This document shows positions 1-10,024 of a stretch of DNA of 64,000 nucleotides, piece by piece (the stretch's first letter is position 1; each line of letters begins with the position of its first letter). The stretch comes from Deltaproteobacteria bacterium. GTDB lineage: Bacteria; Myxococcota_A; Polyangia; Polyangiales; Ga0077539. Both the position numbers and the translations under genes were made by a program. The notes below the pieces were generated by a model, which saw only the letters and a program-made list of their open reading frames with translations, ran no database searches and was not told the DNA's origin. The stretch lies in NCBI GenBank assembly GCA_030694465.1, contig JAUXYJ010000103.1:155057-219056 (forward strand). The letters run 5' to 3'.

Positions 1-6
1 GCCACG

Positions 7-450
7 GTGGGCCCCAGCGCGCTCCCTTGGGCGCTCTGTACGTTGGGCGCGTGGATCGCGACCGGCTGGCGCGGCGGAGCGCTTCTTTTGGGCGCCAAAA
101 AGGGACTCATTGCGGGCTTCGCGACGCTCTTGTTGCCGCTGTCTCTCTTGCGCCCATGCTGTCGTCCCGGCGTCGTGATGACCGCGGACTGCTGCACGCG
201 GCCAGAGCTCTGTGTGCTCGCGGGGAGCGCAATCGGTTTTGGACTCGCGGCACTGTTGCCCAAATCTCGCGACGCTTCACGCTGGGAAACTGCTGGTGGA
301 ATGGTCGTAGGCGTCCTGTCCGTCGCCGTGCTCAAGTGCAGCAAACTGTTTGTCGGCGAGGCGATGGGATTGCTCGTGGGGTTGTCCGTGGGCGTGTTGG
401 TCGTGTCGAGCGTCGCGAGCTTGCGAACTGCGCGATCCACAGCAGCGTGA
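7..450 (+). CDS. hypothetical small membrane protein (Gly/Leu/Val-rich, multiple predicted TM segments)
   Basis: GTG-initiated ORF at the window edge. Strongly hydrophobic composition resembling small stress-response membrane proteins. No recognisable catalytic motif. Could be spurious. Confidence 0.25.
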   Translation: MGPSALPWALCTLGAWIATGWRGGALLLGAKKGLIAGFATLLLPLSLLRPCCRPGVVMTADCCTRPELCVLAGSAIGFGLAALLPKSRDASRWETAGGMVVGVLSVAVLKCSKLFVGEAMGLLVGLSVGVLVVSSVASLRTARSTAA

Positions 451-607
451 GCCCTACGCGGATGCGCACGAGCGCCTCGCGGCGGACTCGCGACGCGACG
501 TTTGTGTGAAGATTTCTGCCAGTTCGTCGATTGAGTGAGAGCCGCGTGGTAGGCTCATCCCACTCTTTCGCACATCAGCCTTTTCTACTCTCACGGAGAG
601 AGCACCC

Positions 608-2197
608 ATGGCCGGACAGACCACAGGCGCGCTGCAAGTCTCCATCCCTAGCGGAACCCGCTTGGGACGCTACGAAGTCATCACCGAGATTGCCTCCGGT
701 GGCATGGCGACGGTTTTTCTTGGCCGAGCGCTCGGCGCCGCTGGATTTGCACGTCTTGTAGCCATCAAGTGCCTCCACCCGCACGTCGCCAAAGACGAAG
801 AGTTCGTTGGAATGTTTATGGACGAAGCGCGGCTGGCAGCGCGCATTCGTCACCCCAACGTAGTCGCTACACTTGACCTCGAGAACGGCGACGACGGGCT
901 GTTTCTTGTGATGGAGTTTGTCGAGGGCGAGGGCCTGCTGGGACTTTTGCGTGCGGTCTTTCGCGAACGCAAACGCGTCCCTACTCCGCTCGCCTTACGG
1001 ATCGCGCTTGACGTGCTCGCGGGGCTGCACGCCGCGCACGAGCTCACGGGGCAAAATGGCGAGCCTCTACGGTTGGTCCATCGCGACGTTTCGCCACACA
1101 ATATCCTGGTCGGAAGCGATGGCATCTCGAGAATCACCGACTTCGGGATCGCCCGCGCCGAAGAGCGACTGAGCGTCACGCGCGATGGGCAAATCAAGGG
1201 AAAGCTCAGCTACATGGCGCCCGAGCAGACCTCGGGTACCCCCGTCGATCGCCGCGCAGACCTGTGGTCGGTGGGCGTTGTCGTATGGGAATGCCTCGCC
1301 GGACGACGTCTGTTCTTTGGGCAAAACGACGGCGAAGTCCTGCGAAATCTACTCGTTCATCCGATCCCTCGCCTGCGCGATCTTGTGCAAGATATCCCTG
1401 CTGAGATCGACGCCGTGATCGCCAAAGCGCTCGCGCGAGACCCCGATGATCGCTACGCAACCGCATCACACTTTGCCGAGGCCCTCGAAGAAGCAGGCGG
1501 CGCCATTGGCATCGCCAGCACCCGCGCGGTCGGAGCCTTTTGTCGCGAGCTCGCCAGCGCCCGGATCGAGGCCCTCAACGCCGCAGCACGCGCTGCCGTG
1601 GGCGACAATGGCACCAGCTCTGTGCGCGCCGTCACGCGCTCACGCTTGCCCACCGACCCTGAGCGTACTGCCGTCCGCGACGAGGTCCCTTCGCTCACTG
1701 CGCTGCCCGACGCGCGCACGACCTCGCCCCCCTCGGCCATCACCAGCAGCGTAGTGCCCGTCCAGCCCGCGACGGCGCAGTCGCGCGCAGTGGTGCCGTT
1801 GGTGATCATTGGCAGCGTCTGTGTGGCCCTGCTCGCGGCCCTCGGAGGCATCGGGCTCTATGTCCGGGGACAGCGCGACGGCGCAGCGCGATCACAGCCC
1901 TCGGTCACAGTGACCTCTCCCTCGGTGACTCCCTCGGTGACTCCCACCGCGGCGCCCGTGACAGAGCCCACCGTCCCTGTGGCCGAGTCCACCGCCGACG
2001 CGGGAACCTCGGCCGAACCCGAGACCAACATGGTGATCTCTCCCGAGAGTGTCGCAGCGAACACAGCCCCTGGCGCAGCGCGCAACACGCACTCGCATGC
2101 GCGCACACCCTCTACACCGCGCCCGACAACGACAACGACCGGCACACGTCCTCCCACGACCAGCAACGGGCAGACCTTTAATCCCGAAGCGATGTAA
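608..2197 (+). CDS. Ser/Thr protein kinase (Hanks-type) with C-terminal TM segment and Pro/Thr-rich tail
   Basis: ATG at 608. Has the catalytic loop HRDVSPHNILV, DFG motif (ITDFGIAR), APE motif (YMAPE) and an N-terminal Gly-rich loop with VAIK. This is followed by a hydrophobic segment (VVPLVIIGSVCVALLAALGGIGLYV) and a low-complexity S/T/P tail. Confidence 0.9.
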   Translation: MAGQTTGALQVSIPSGTRLGRYEVITEIASGGMATVFLGRALGAAGFARLVAIKCLHPHVAKDEEFVGMFMDEARLAARIRHPNVVATLDLENGDDGLFLVMEFVEGEGLLGLLRAVFRERKRVPTPLALRIALDVLAGLHAAHELTGQNGEPLRLVHRDVSPHNILVGSDGISRITDFGIARAEERLSVTRDGQIKGKLSYMAPEQTSGTPVDRRADLWSVGVVVWECLAGRRLFFGQNDGEVLRNLLVHPIPRLRDLVQDIPAEIDAVIAKALARDPDDRYATASHFAEALEEAGGAIGIASTRAVGAFCRELASARIEALNAAARAAVGDNGTSSVRAVTRSRLPTDPERTAVRDEVPSLTALPDARTTSPPSAITSSVVPVQPATAQSRAVVPLVIIGSVCVALLAALGGIGLYVRGQRDGAARSQPSVTVTSPSVTPSVTPTAAPVTEPTVPVAESTADAGTSAEPETNMVISPESVAANTAPGAARNTHSHARTPSTPRPTTTTTGTRPPTTSNGQTFNPEAM

Positions 2198-2209
2198 GCC
2201 CCGAGAGCC

Positions 2210-3331
2210 ATGAACCACCGAGTTTCTTCGCGCCGATGTGCAGGCCTCTTGCCCTTCTTGCTCGCCCTAGGAGCTACGACAGCGCACACGACCGTGGCGC
2301 TCGCGCAAGGCCAATCCGCCGGAAGCGAGGCCGCCGCGCTCGTGAGATTTCAACGCGGGAGAGACCTCTACGCGACGCACGAGTACGCCGCCGCGCTCCT
2401 CGAGTTTCGCGCCGCGCACGAGCTGGTCCCCTCGCCCAATTCGCGGCTCTACATGGCGCGCTGTCTCCGTGATCTCAACCGACCGAGTGAGGCTTTTACC
2501 GAGTACTACCGTGCCGCGTCTGAGGCCTCGGATCGCGCCGCCCGTGAGCCGCGCTATGCGCCCACGCGAGACGCCGCGCGGCAAGAGCTCGAGGCCATCC
2601 GCGCACGCGTTGGCTATCTCACGCTCCATGGGCCCGCGACCGAGGTGCCTCAGCTCGAGGTGCGAGTGCGCAATGCTCCCGTCGCTTCAGCCACCTTCGA
2701 GGTGCCTCTGCCCACGGACCCTGGCACGCTCACGGTGACCGCATCGGCGCCCGGAATGCTCGCGTTTTCTCAGGAGATTTCCGTTATCGCAGGGCAGACC
2801 GCGGACGTGCGGATCGTGCTGCGCCCCGACCCCAACGCGCGCACTCAGCCCACCCCTCCGTCCACCCCTCCGCCGGGCTCGAACACGCCCCCCGCGCCCG
2901 TCGTCGTGGCACCGACCGTGCGCATGGTGCCCGTGCGCGAGGGCGGCGGCGCGCGCATCGCAGGCGTGGTCGTCGCGGCCGTGGGCTTGGGCGGACTGGG
3001 CGCGTTTGTCGCGTTCGGGTCGCTCGCACAGAGCCGCTTCAACGACCTGCGGACCGTGTGCGGAGGCATGCCCTGCGGGTCCGAATGGACAGCACAAATT
3101 GACGAGGGCGCGCAGTACCAGACCTTTGCCAATGTAGGGCTCGTCGTGGGAGGTCTCGCGCTCGTCGGCGGCACCGTAATGATCCTCGTCGGCGGAGCCA
3201 CCGAGCGCATGGTCCCCGAGACCGATCTGCCTCGCAGTGCGCGACGCAATCAGACGAATATCCAGGATATTCGCCCCTGGTTTGCCCAGACACCGACGAG
3301 CGTCAGCGCAGGACTCGGCGCCCAGTTTTAG
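2210..3331 (+). CDS. secreted TPR-like / PEGA-domain protein with C-terminal membrane anchor
   Basis: Signal peptide ([20 protein letters not shown]). The TPR-like helical region is followed by a PEGA-like beta segment ([25 protein letters not shown]), a Pro-rich linker and a TM helix. It is adjacent to the Ser/Thr kinase. Confidence 0.5.
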   Translation: MNHRVSSRRCAGLLPFLLALGATTAHTTVALAQGQSAGSEAAALVRFQRGRDLYATHEYAAALLEFRAAHELVPSPNSRLYMARCLRDLNRPSEAFTEYYRAASEASDRAAREPRYAPTRDAARQELEAIRARVGYLTLHGPATEVPQLEVRVRNAPVASATFEVPLPTDPGTLTVTASAPGMLAFSQEISVIAGQTADVRIVLRPDPNARTQPTPPSTPPPGSNTPPAPVVVAPTVRMVPVREGGGARIAGVVVAAVGLGGLGAFVAFGSLAQSRFNDLRTVCGGMPCGSEWTAQIDEGAQYQTFANVGLVVGGLALVGGTVMILVGGATERMVPETDLPRSARRNQTNIQDIRPWFAQTPTSVSAGLGAQF

Positions 3332-3392
3332 CGCCACGCCACCGCGGGTGACGGTTTGCGATGGGCCCGCGCGTGTTAAACCACAGCGGTCC

Positions 3393-3611
3393 ATGAACGC
3401 TCTCACTCGCGCGCCCTGCCCAACGTGTCGCACGCTCACCGTCGCGATTCGCAGTGAAAATCCTACGGCTCCGTTCTGCTCCACGCGCTGCAAGCTCGTC
3501 GATCTCGGACGCTGGCTCGACGAGTCCTACGGCGTCCCTGCCCCGCTCGCCGAGGACGAAGACGAGCTTGAGTCTCTGCCCGTCAGCAACGCGCGACGTG
3601 GTGACACGTGA
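3393..3611 (+). CDS. yacG: DNA gyrase inhibitor YacG (zinc-ribbon)
   Basis: The motif CPTC…(P)FCS.RC.L.DLG.W… followed by an acidic tail matches the E. coli YacG pattern (CPTCGK…[20 protein letters not shown]). ATG at 3393. Confidence 0.85.
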   Translation: MNALTRAPCPTCRTLTVAIRSENPTAPFCSTRCKLVDLGRWLDESYGVPAPLAEDEDELESLPVSNARRGDT

Positions 3612-4948
3612 GCGCAGTAAACGCCACCGCGCGCTCGCCGCTGCCGACGTTGTTTCTCACGGCGTTTATCGATTTACTTGGATTTGGCCTCACCATTCCG
3701 CTCATGCCCTTCTACGCGCAGCGCTACGGGGCGAGCGCGCTCGAGGTCACCCTCCTCTTCGCCAGCTACTCGCTGATGAACTTCTTGTTCGTCCCACTTT
3801 GGGGAGAGCTCAGCGACCGCGTGGGCCGTCGCCCGGTCTTGCTCATCAGCATCGCCGCGACCGCGTTCTCGATGGTGTTCTTCGCCCTCGCAGACAGCTA
3901 CGGGATGCTTTTGGCCTCGCGGATCTTGCAGGGGATCATGACCGCCAACATCGCCACCCTGCAGGCCTACATCGCCGATGTCACCAAGCCCGCGGACCGC
4001 GGCAGAGCCATGGGGCTCATCGGTGCTGCATTTGGCCTAGGATTTATCGTGGGTCCCGCGGTCGGTGGCATCTTGGCGGCGTGGTCGTTTCGCGCGCCGG
4101 GGTTCGCCGCCGCGGCGCTCGCGACGGTCAACTTTGGCCTCGCCTTGCGCAACCTCCCCGAGTCACTGCACCTGCGCAAAGTGGTCCCGCCCAAAGAGGA
4201 CGCCGCGGGCTACCGCGAGCCCCCCGTAGAGACCAACGCGTTGGCCCCCTTGAGCCTCCGCGTGGTCGCCAACGTGATCTATCGCCAGGTCACCCTGCGA
4301 CCTCTCCGCGAGGCGCTCAAAGAGCGCACCATGGCGATGTTGGTCTTGGTGTTCTTTATCCAGGCGTTCGCGTTTACCAACCTCGAGTCCACCTTCGCGC
4401 TGTTTACTCAGGCGCGCTTCTCGTTTGGAGCCAAAGAGACCGGCTACCTCTTTGGCTGGATCGGCGTGGTCGTCGTGATCGTGCAGGGCGCGTTTTATGG
4501 GCGATTGTCCAAGCGCTTCTCGGATCTGTCACTCGCTCGTGTGGGGCTCTTCATGGTCTCTGTCGCGATGCTGGCGCTCGCGCTCATCCCGCTGCGCCCG
4601 CCCGCCTACGCGCTGCCGCCTGCGAACAGCCTAGAGTTCTTGTTTCGCGCGCGCTGGGTCTTCGCGATCTTGGCGGTGTCCGCGTTTGGCAACGCCCTGA
4701 TCAATCCATCGCTCTCGGCGGCCACGTCCAAGCGCTCAAGCGCAGACAAGCAGGGAGGCTCACTCGGGGTACAACAGAGCGCCGGAGCGCTCGCGCGCGT
4801 GCTAGGTCCTCTCTCGGCAGGGTTGCTCTTTGATCACCTCGGAGCCTCGGCGCCCTTGACCGTCGCCGCCGTCGGGACCGCCCTCGCGGGGATCTTCGTC
4901 GCGTGGGTCCCGCCAAGCCCGGTGGCCGAAGCAGAAGCCGCGGCCTGA
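3608..4948 (+). CDS. MFS transporter (12-TM, drug/H+ antiporter-like)
   Basis: GTG at 3608 overlaps the yacG stop (GTGA). Has MFS signature motifs ([18 protein letters not shown]…AYIAD) and many TM helices. Confidence 0.85.
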   Translation: MSAVNATARSPLPTLFLTAFIDLLGFGLTIPLMPFYAQRYGASALEVTLLFASYSLMNFLFVPLWGELSDRVGRRPVLLISIAATAFSMVFFALADSYGMLLASRILQGIMTANIATLQAYIADVTKPADRGRAMGLIGAAFGLGFIVGPAVGGILAAWSFRAPGFAAAALATVNFGLALRNLPESLHLRKVVPPKEDAAGYREPPVETNALAPLSLRVVANVIYRQVTLRPLREALKERTMAMLVLVFFIQAFAFTNLESTFALFTQARFSFGAKETGYLFGWIGVVVVIVQGAFYGRLSKRFSDLSLARVGLFMVSVAMLALALIPLRPPAYALPPANSLEFLFRARWVFAILAVSAFGNALINPSLSAATSKRSSADKQGGSLGVQQSAGALARVLGPLSAGLLFDHLGASAPLTVAAVGTALAGIFVAWVPPSPVAEAEAAA

Positions 4949-5050
4949 CCTGCTTTGCGTGGCATTTTGCAACGTTTTGTAGGTCAAGCCAAATGCGACA
5001 CGAAGATGCCTTCGCGAAACATCGCGTGGTACCGTCACCGGATCTACGCA

Positions 5051-6211
5051 ATGAAAAACCTACGTTTTCTACACGCCCTCTCGTTGGTCTGCGCCACCTC
5101 CCTCATGGCCGCTTGCGGTGCATCCACCACCGCGATGATGGGAGACGCTCAACCCGATCAACGCAGCCCCCAGGACGGCGGGATCGACGGCGCGATGCCA
5201 GGCATCGACGCAGGTGGCGGCTCGTTCTGTGCGCGCGCGTTTTGTGGGCCCGGCACCGAGTGCTGCGAGGCCTCGTCGAGCTGCATCCCGATGGGCACCG
5301 TGTGCGGCGCGTCGTCCACCGATGGAGGCCCTGCGCCCATGGACGCGGGCCCCGCCATGTGCGGCTCCGCGGTCTGTGGCGCAGACCAAAACTGCTGCAA
5401 CACCCCCGTCGGCATGGTCTGCCTGCCCAACACGGTGCCGTGCATGGGCACCGGCGGTGACGCCGGCAGCGGCGGAACCTGCGGCGGAATGACCTGCACA
5501 GCCACGCAAGAGTGCTGCAGCGCGTTCGGTCGCACGGGATGTGTTCCGCGTGGCAATTGTCCCGCCCCCGTGGACGCAGGGGCCTCGTGCGGCGGCATGA
5601 TGTGCAACGGCAGCCAAGAGTGCTGCACAGCCGCGGGCCGGCTGTTTTGTGCCCCCATCGGGACCTGCTCACCTCCCCCGGCCGACGCGGGCGCGACCTG
5701 CGGCGGTCGTGTGTGTACGGGCACGCAAATCTGCTGCAGCGCGATGGGCTTTATGACCTGCCTTGAGCCCCGCTTTTGCCCCACAGGCGTTCCGGACGCG
5801 GGCGCGGGGACCTGCAACGGCATGACCTGTGCTCCGAGCCAAGAGTGTTGCACGGCACTGGGTCGCACGGCATGCGTCCCTCGCGGCGTGTGCCCTAACA
5901 GCGGCGACGCGGGCACCGTCGACAGCGGGACCTCGTTTTGCGCGACCGCGCGGTGCTCAGCTGCGACCTTCTGCTGCGAATCGCAGCGCATGTGCATCCC
6001 GAACAACCAGACCTGCCGAAGCACGCCCGTCCCGGTGTGCCGCCCGGGCTGCTCACCCGCACAGACCTGCTGCCAGGGACTCCCCGGAATGGCTGGATTT
6101 TGCCTCGCGAGCTGCCCAATCAGCCCATGCCAAGGTGTCACCTGTGGCGGCGCGAACATGTGCTGTCCCAGCGGTGCCAACGCGGGAACCTGCCAAGCCA
6201 CCTGCCGCTAG
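5051..6211 (+). CDS. secreted lipoprotein built of about 10 Cys-rich repeats (myxobacterial Cys-rich repeat type)
   Basis: ATG at 5051 with a lipoprotein-like signal (LSLVCATSLMAACG). It has tandem ~35-aa modules with the pattern C-x3-C-x5-CC-x5-6-C-x5-C separated by P/DAGA linkers. Example: CGGMTCTATQECCSAFGRTGCVPRGNCPAPVDAGAS. Confidence 0.6.
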   Translation: MKNLRFLHALSLVCATSLMAACGASTTAMMGDAQPDQRSPQDGGIDGAMPGIDAGGGSFCARAFCGPGTECCEASSSCIPMGTVCGASSTDGGPAPMDAGPAMCGSAVCGADQNCCNTPVGMVCLPNTVPCMGTGGDAGSGGTCGGMTCTATQECCSAFGRTGCVPRGNCPAPVDAGASCGGMMCNGSQECCTAAGRLFCAPIGTCSPPPADAGATCGGRVCTGTQICCSAMGFMTCLEPRFCPTGVPDAGAGTCNGMTCAPSQECCTALGRTACVPRGVCPNSGDAGTVDSGTSFCATARCSAATFCCESQRMCIPNNQTCRSTPVPVCRPGCSPAQTCCQGLPGMAGFCLASCPISPCQGVTCGGANMCCPSGANAGTCQATCR

Positions 6212-6271
6212 GACTGCGACACTCCCACCAGGGGGGGAAGTGACCTGTCCAGCCCACCCGTGGCGGACGCG

Positions 6272-9200
6272 CTAGCGCGCAGAACGACGACGGCGTCGCA
6301 GCGTGAGCACCATGGCGCCGAGCGCCCAGAGCCCCATCTCAGTGGCTCGCAGCGGCGTGCGGGTACGCGCTACACGACAGCCGCAACCACCGCCGCCGAC
6401 CTGCACAGGGCCGCCGTCTGCGCTGCCATCCATGCCTCCGTCAGAAATCGATCCGTCTGACAAAACGCTGCCATCCGTCAGTTCTCCTCCATCGCCAACG
6501 CCCGCGTCCGTCACGCGCGGGGCGCACACGATGGTCGGGCTTGAGCTCACGCGACGCTGCCCAAACGGCAGCGGCGTGCGCCAGTTGCCCGTGTTGCTGT
6601 TGTCATGCCGAAACGTGGGCCACTGCACGTTGCCATCGGTGCGGCCCTGCGTGTGCCACGCGTAGAGCCAGCCGTTGCGCGTGGGCACCACCATCTCGAG
6701 TGTGCCGTCGCCATCGAGGTCCCCGAGCGCGGGGGCTGCGATCAGCCACTGGCCTGTGAATTTAGGAAACCCCGGCGCTTGCACACCGCACGCATCGACG
6801 GCGTGAACATAGTAGCCACCTGTGCCGAGAATGACCTCGGGGTACGCGTCCCCCGAGACGTCAGCGACCACGGGATTGACCAAGAACGTGTAGTCCTCGA
6901 TCACCTTCGGAAAGCCCGCGAGGGGGTTGCCTTCGCGCGCGTTCCACGCGCCCACGAGGTGATTGAAGTAGCCGGCTTCGCCACCACTTGCGCCGTTGAG
7001 CAGGTTCGCGTTTGCACCCGAAGCGATGAAGGCCAGCTCCCCAGAGTTTTGCAAATCAGCGAACGTGGGCACACCAAACGCGGGGATAAATGGCGCACGC
7101 ATGCGGTCATCGCTGCGCGATCCGTAGGTGATGTTGTCCATCAAAGCCAAGCGGTTGATTGTCGAAGGCATGCGAGGCTGCACGTTGCGCTGTGTGGGGC
7201 GCACGACCATCAGATCTGGGTTGGCGTTGCCCACGACCGCGAGCTCATCAAGACCGTCTCCGTCGACGTCACCGATCGCCGGAGACATCATGATCCCGGT
7301 GCCCACGATCGGGAGAATATCCACCGAAGTCACAGGGATCGGCCAGCCCGAATGCACAGGTCCGCCCGCGTGTCGCGTGCCATCGCCGTGCACAACGAAG
7401 ATGGGCGAGATGTCTCCGCTGGTGTTCGCGATGCGCTCGTTGGTGACCACCACGAGGTCGGGGATCGCGTCGGCATCCATGCGCGCCACACCGACGCTGC
7501 CAAAGATACGATTTCGCTCGGTGCCAGGCTCCACCGTGTAGTGCATATCCACAGGAAATCCCGGGTGATTTGCAGCCGTAAGCGAGTCGATCGCGTAGAG
7601 GTTTCCGTCAAACGCGCCGAAGACAATCTCGGGACGGCCGTTGCCATCGAGGTCCACGATCACCGGCGACGCCGCGATGCCGCGATCGAGCACACGCGTG
7701 GGCGAAGTGTCCGCGCTCAGCACGTCCGGGAGTGTCCGCGGAAACCCGTGCCCATACGCGCTCCCGTCATGATTAAACACGTACACAGTGCCCGCGTAGC
7801 TCGTCACGATGATCTCTGGCTGGGGGTCATCGTCGATGTTCGCGATCGCCGGTGTACCCAGCACGGCTTCGCGCAAGGTCGCAGGATCGAGGCGCCCCGC
7901 GGTGCCCGCTTGGTAGCCAGGGCTCAACCGATAGTCCACCACGCGGCCGTTGACTTGCTGCACAGCATCGAAGCCACGCTGCACGCCCAAACGCGCCGGA
8001 AACCCTGGGATTTCTGAGCCATTTGCGCTCAACGCGTGGAGCAATCCGTCGCTCGTCGCCACGATCACTTCGCCGCGACCGTCTCCGTTGAGGTCCGCGA
8101 TCCTCGGCGAGCTCTCACCGCTGCCACGCAAATCCACCGGAAATCCCGGCAGCAACGTGCTGTCCCGGTGCACATAAAACGCCTTGCGAAACTCCCCACG
8201 GACGTCCCCAGCGCTGCCGCCGTAGTGCGCCACTGCGCGCACACGCACGGTGATCGTGAAGCGATTTTCGCGCTCACCTGCGTTGTCCACCATGAGCGTA
8301 GACACATCGAGCGTCGCGAGCGATCCATCCACAGGGGCGCTGACGTTGTTGCGTGTGACCAGCGTCTGCCATGCGCTGTCTGCGGGCTCAACCCCTCGCG
8401 CCCACTCCACAACGTAGTCGTAGTTGCTCGCACGGCGCGCGCTGATGTGTCCGTCGATCTGCAGCGTGGGCGTGCGATCGGGGTAGATCACGGTGAACCA
8501 TCGCGGGCTGGTCACGTCGACTTCGGGCGGGATTTTTCCGTCTCGAATCGCTTCGAGCATGTTGCGCGTGTTGGGCCGACCGTAGCCAAATCGTTGATCC
8601 CAGCCTGGCAGCGACGGGTAGTACCGTCGGTTAAACATCGGGTGCGACGCTTGCGATTCGGGGACGTTAATGTCGTCCACCGTGGTGACCATCAGCTGCC
8701 GCGCTTCTTCGGCGCTCAACGCCGGCGTGAGCCCGCGCTGTTGTGCGTACGAGTACACTAGGCCCGCGATCCCTGACGATTGCCCCACGGCTTCGGACGA
8801 GCACGCGTTGCCCGCGACGGACAACATGAGCTGCGCGCCGTAGTTCGTGCAGTTGTTAAACGCCAAAAAAGTGGTCGAGGTCTCAAGCGTCCGGTTGCCT
8901 CGCACCGCGTGCACATAGAGCACGTGGTTGGTCGTCCCGGGCATGTTGTGATGTCGGCTGTTTTCATCCGCGGCACTCGCCACGACGAGCACATTGTTGC
9001 GATACGCGTAGTCCACCGAGTCCATCGCGAACGCGCTGTTGTTAAGCGTCCCGAGAGCCTCTTGAATCACGCGGACCCTGCGATTTTGCCCGTAGTCTAG
9101 GTCCGTCGCGTACACCACGGCTTGGGCAAAGTTGTTCACGTCTGTGACAAACGAGTCGCCCACACGCATGGGGATGTATTGGCACTCGGGGCATGCGCCG

Positions 9201-9946
9201 ATGTTACCGATGCCGTCGTTGGCGGTCGCGGTGCTGTCGTTGGCCTCGCCTGTGCCATGCCCATAGCGCGTGTCGTCGTACGGGTCGTTGTCATCGTGCA
9301 TAAAATCCCAGCCGGAGATGTCATCGACGTGCCCATTGCGGTCGTCATCGACGCCGTCTGAGAACACACGGATCAAGTCTCCTGCGTCGAGGATCCCGTT
9401 GCGGTTAGGGTCGTTGTTTGCGCCCATCGCGTCGCGACACATGCCCACCGGATGAGGCAGCGCGGTCCCGCACGGCACGCGTGGGTCGTTGGCCCAATCG
9501 CGTACGTCAATGCGCCCGTTGCCGTCCGAGTCGTACATCGCAAACGAGGTGCCATCGGCGCGCTGTGGAAGCGGCGTTTCACCCAGGTTAATTGCAGCCT
9601 GAAACTGAATCGAGCGCTCGTCCCACTCGATCCCAGAGTCCAGCACGGCGATCAAGACTCTTGGGTCTCCAAGAGACAATCCCCACGCGCGGTCCACGTT
9701 GTTTCCTGCGCCGATCGCGGTCTCTTCAGTGCGAAACCCCGCAAGCGCTTGGTTGCGTGCGGGCATCCACGACCAGTGGTGATACTGACGCGGATAGTCG
9801 GGATCGTTGGGCCACTGCGTCGGATCTGCTGCTTGTTCTCGCGTCAAATTCGCTGGAAATGGCCAAGCCATCACGCCCATCGGCGTGATCACAAGTGCCG
9901 CCGCGGTCAACGCCGCGAGTCTTCGAGTGCGTGGGATTGCTTTCAT
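6272..9946 (-). CDS. secreted subtilisin-like S8 peptidase fused to FG-GAP/integrin-alpha-like repeats, with MYXO-CTERM sorting signal
   Basis: Signal peptide after ATG at 9946 (an alternative GTG lies at 9958). S8 motifs are present: Asp in VLDSGIEWD, His in YGHGTGEAN, Ser region GQSSGIAG. It has multiple D-x-D/N-G-D-G repeats (DLNGDGRGEVIVATSDG, DLDGNGRPEIVFGAFDGNLYAI, DVDGDGLDELAV). The C-terminus GCGC-RVARTRT…TM…RRRRRSAR matches MYXO-CTERM. Confidence 0.8.
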   Translation of the reverse strand: MKAIPRTRRLAALTAAALVITPMGVMAWPFPANLTREQAADPTQWPNDPDYPRQYHHWSWMPARNQALAGFRTEETAIGAGNNVDRAWGLSLGDPRVLIAVLDSGIEWDERSIQFQAAINLGETPLPQRADGTSFAMYDSDGNGRIDVRDWANDPRVPCGTALPHPVGMCRDAMGANNDPNRNGILDAGDLIRVFSDGVDDDRNGHVDDISGWDFMHDDNDPYDDTRYGHGTGEANDSTATANDGIGNIGACPECQYIPMRVGDSFVTDVNNFAQAVVYATDLDYGQNRRVRVIQEALGTLNNSAFAMDSVDYAYRNNVLVVASAADENSRHHNMPGTTNHVLYVHAVRGNRTLETSTTFLAFNNCTNYGAQLMLSVAGNACSSEAVGQSSGIAGLVYSYAQQRGLTPALSAEEARQLMVTTVDDINVPESQASHPMFNRRYYPSLPGWDQRFGYGRPNTRNMLEAIRDGKIPPEVDVTSPRWFTVIYPDRTPTLQIDGHISARRASNYDYVVEWARGVEPADSAWQTLVTRNNVSAPVDGSLATLDVSTLMVDNAGERENRFTITVRVRAVAHYGGSAGDVRGEFRKAFYVHRDSTLLPGFPVDLRGSGESSPRIADLNGDGRGEVIVATSDGLLHALSANGSEIPGFPARLGVQRGFDAVQQVNGRVVDYRLSPGYQAGTAGRLDPATLREAVLGTPAIANIDDDPQPEIIVTSYAGTVYVFNHDGSAYGHGFPRTLPDVLSADTSPTRVLDRGIAASPVIVDLDGNGRPEIVFGAFDGNLYAIDSLTAANHPGFPVDMHYTVEPGTERNRIFGSVGVARMDADAIPDLVVVTNERIANTSGDISPIFVVHGDGTRHAGGPVHSGWPIPVTSVDILPIVGTGIMMSPAIGDVDGDGLDELAVVGNANPDLMVVRPTQRNVQPRMPSTINRLALMDNITYGSRSDDRMRAPFIPAFGVPTFADLQNSGELAFIASGANANLLNGASGGEAGYFNHLVGAWNAREGNPLAGFPKVIEDYTFLVNPVVADVSGDAYPEVILGTGGYYVHAVDACGVQAPGFPKFTGQWLIAAPALGDLDGDGTLEMVVPTRNGWLYAWHTQGRTDGNVQWPTFRHDNSNTGNWRTPLPFGQRRVSSSPTIVCAPRVTDAGVGDGGELTDGSVLSDGSISDGGMDGSADGGPVQVGGGGCGCRVARTRTPLRATEMGLWALGAMVLTLRRRRRSAR

Positions 9947-10024
9947 CGGTGTTCTCACTTTGCGGGCCTGAGAGCCTACGGCACTCTACACATGGCGCGC
10001 TCGGCGATGTGTAGCGATGATCCG

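Noticed and set aside
3454-4833. 459-aa Arg-rich plus-strand ORF overlapping the MFS transporter in another frame
   Set aside because: It has extreme Arg/Gly/Pro content and no hydrophobic helices. The MFS frame has clear family motifs.
5158-6201. 347-aa minus-strand ORF fully antisense to the Cys-rich repeat gene
   Set aside because: Its composition (Pro/Gly/His/Ala-rich) is typical of antisense frames in high-GC DNA. The plus-strand product has a clean lipoprotein signal and regular Cys periodicity.
6605-8017. 470-aa plus-strand ORF inside the S8–FG-GAP gene
   Set aside because: It is Arg/His/Val-rich and low complexity with no motifs. The opposite strand encodes a coherent 1,228-aa protein with catalytic and repeat signatures.
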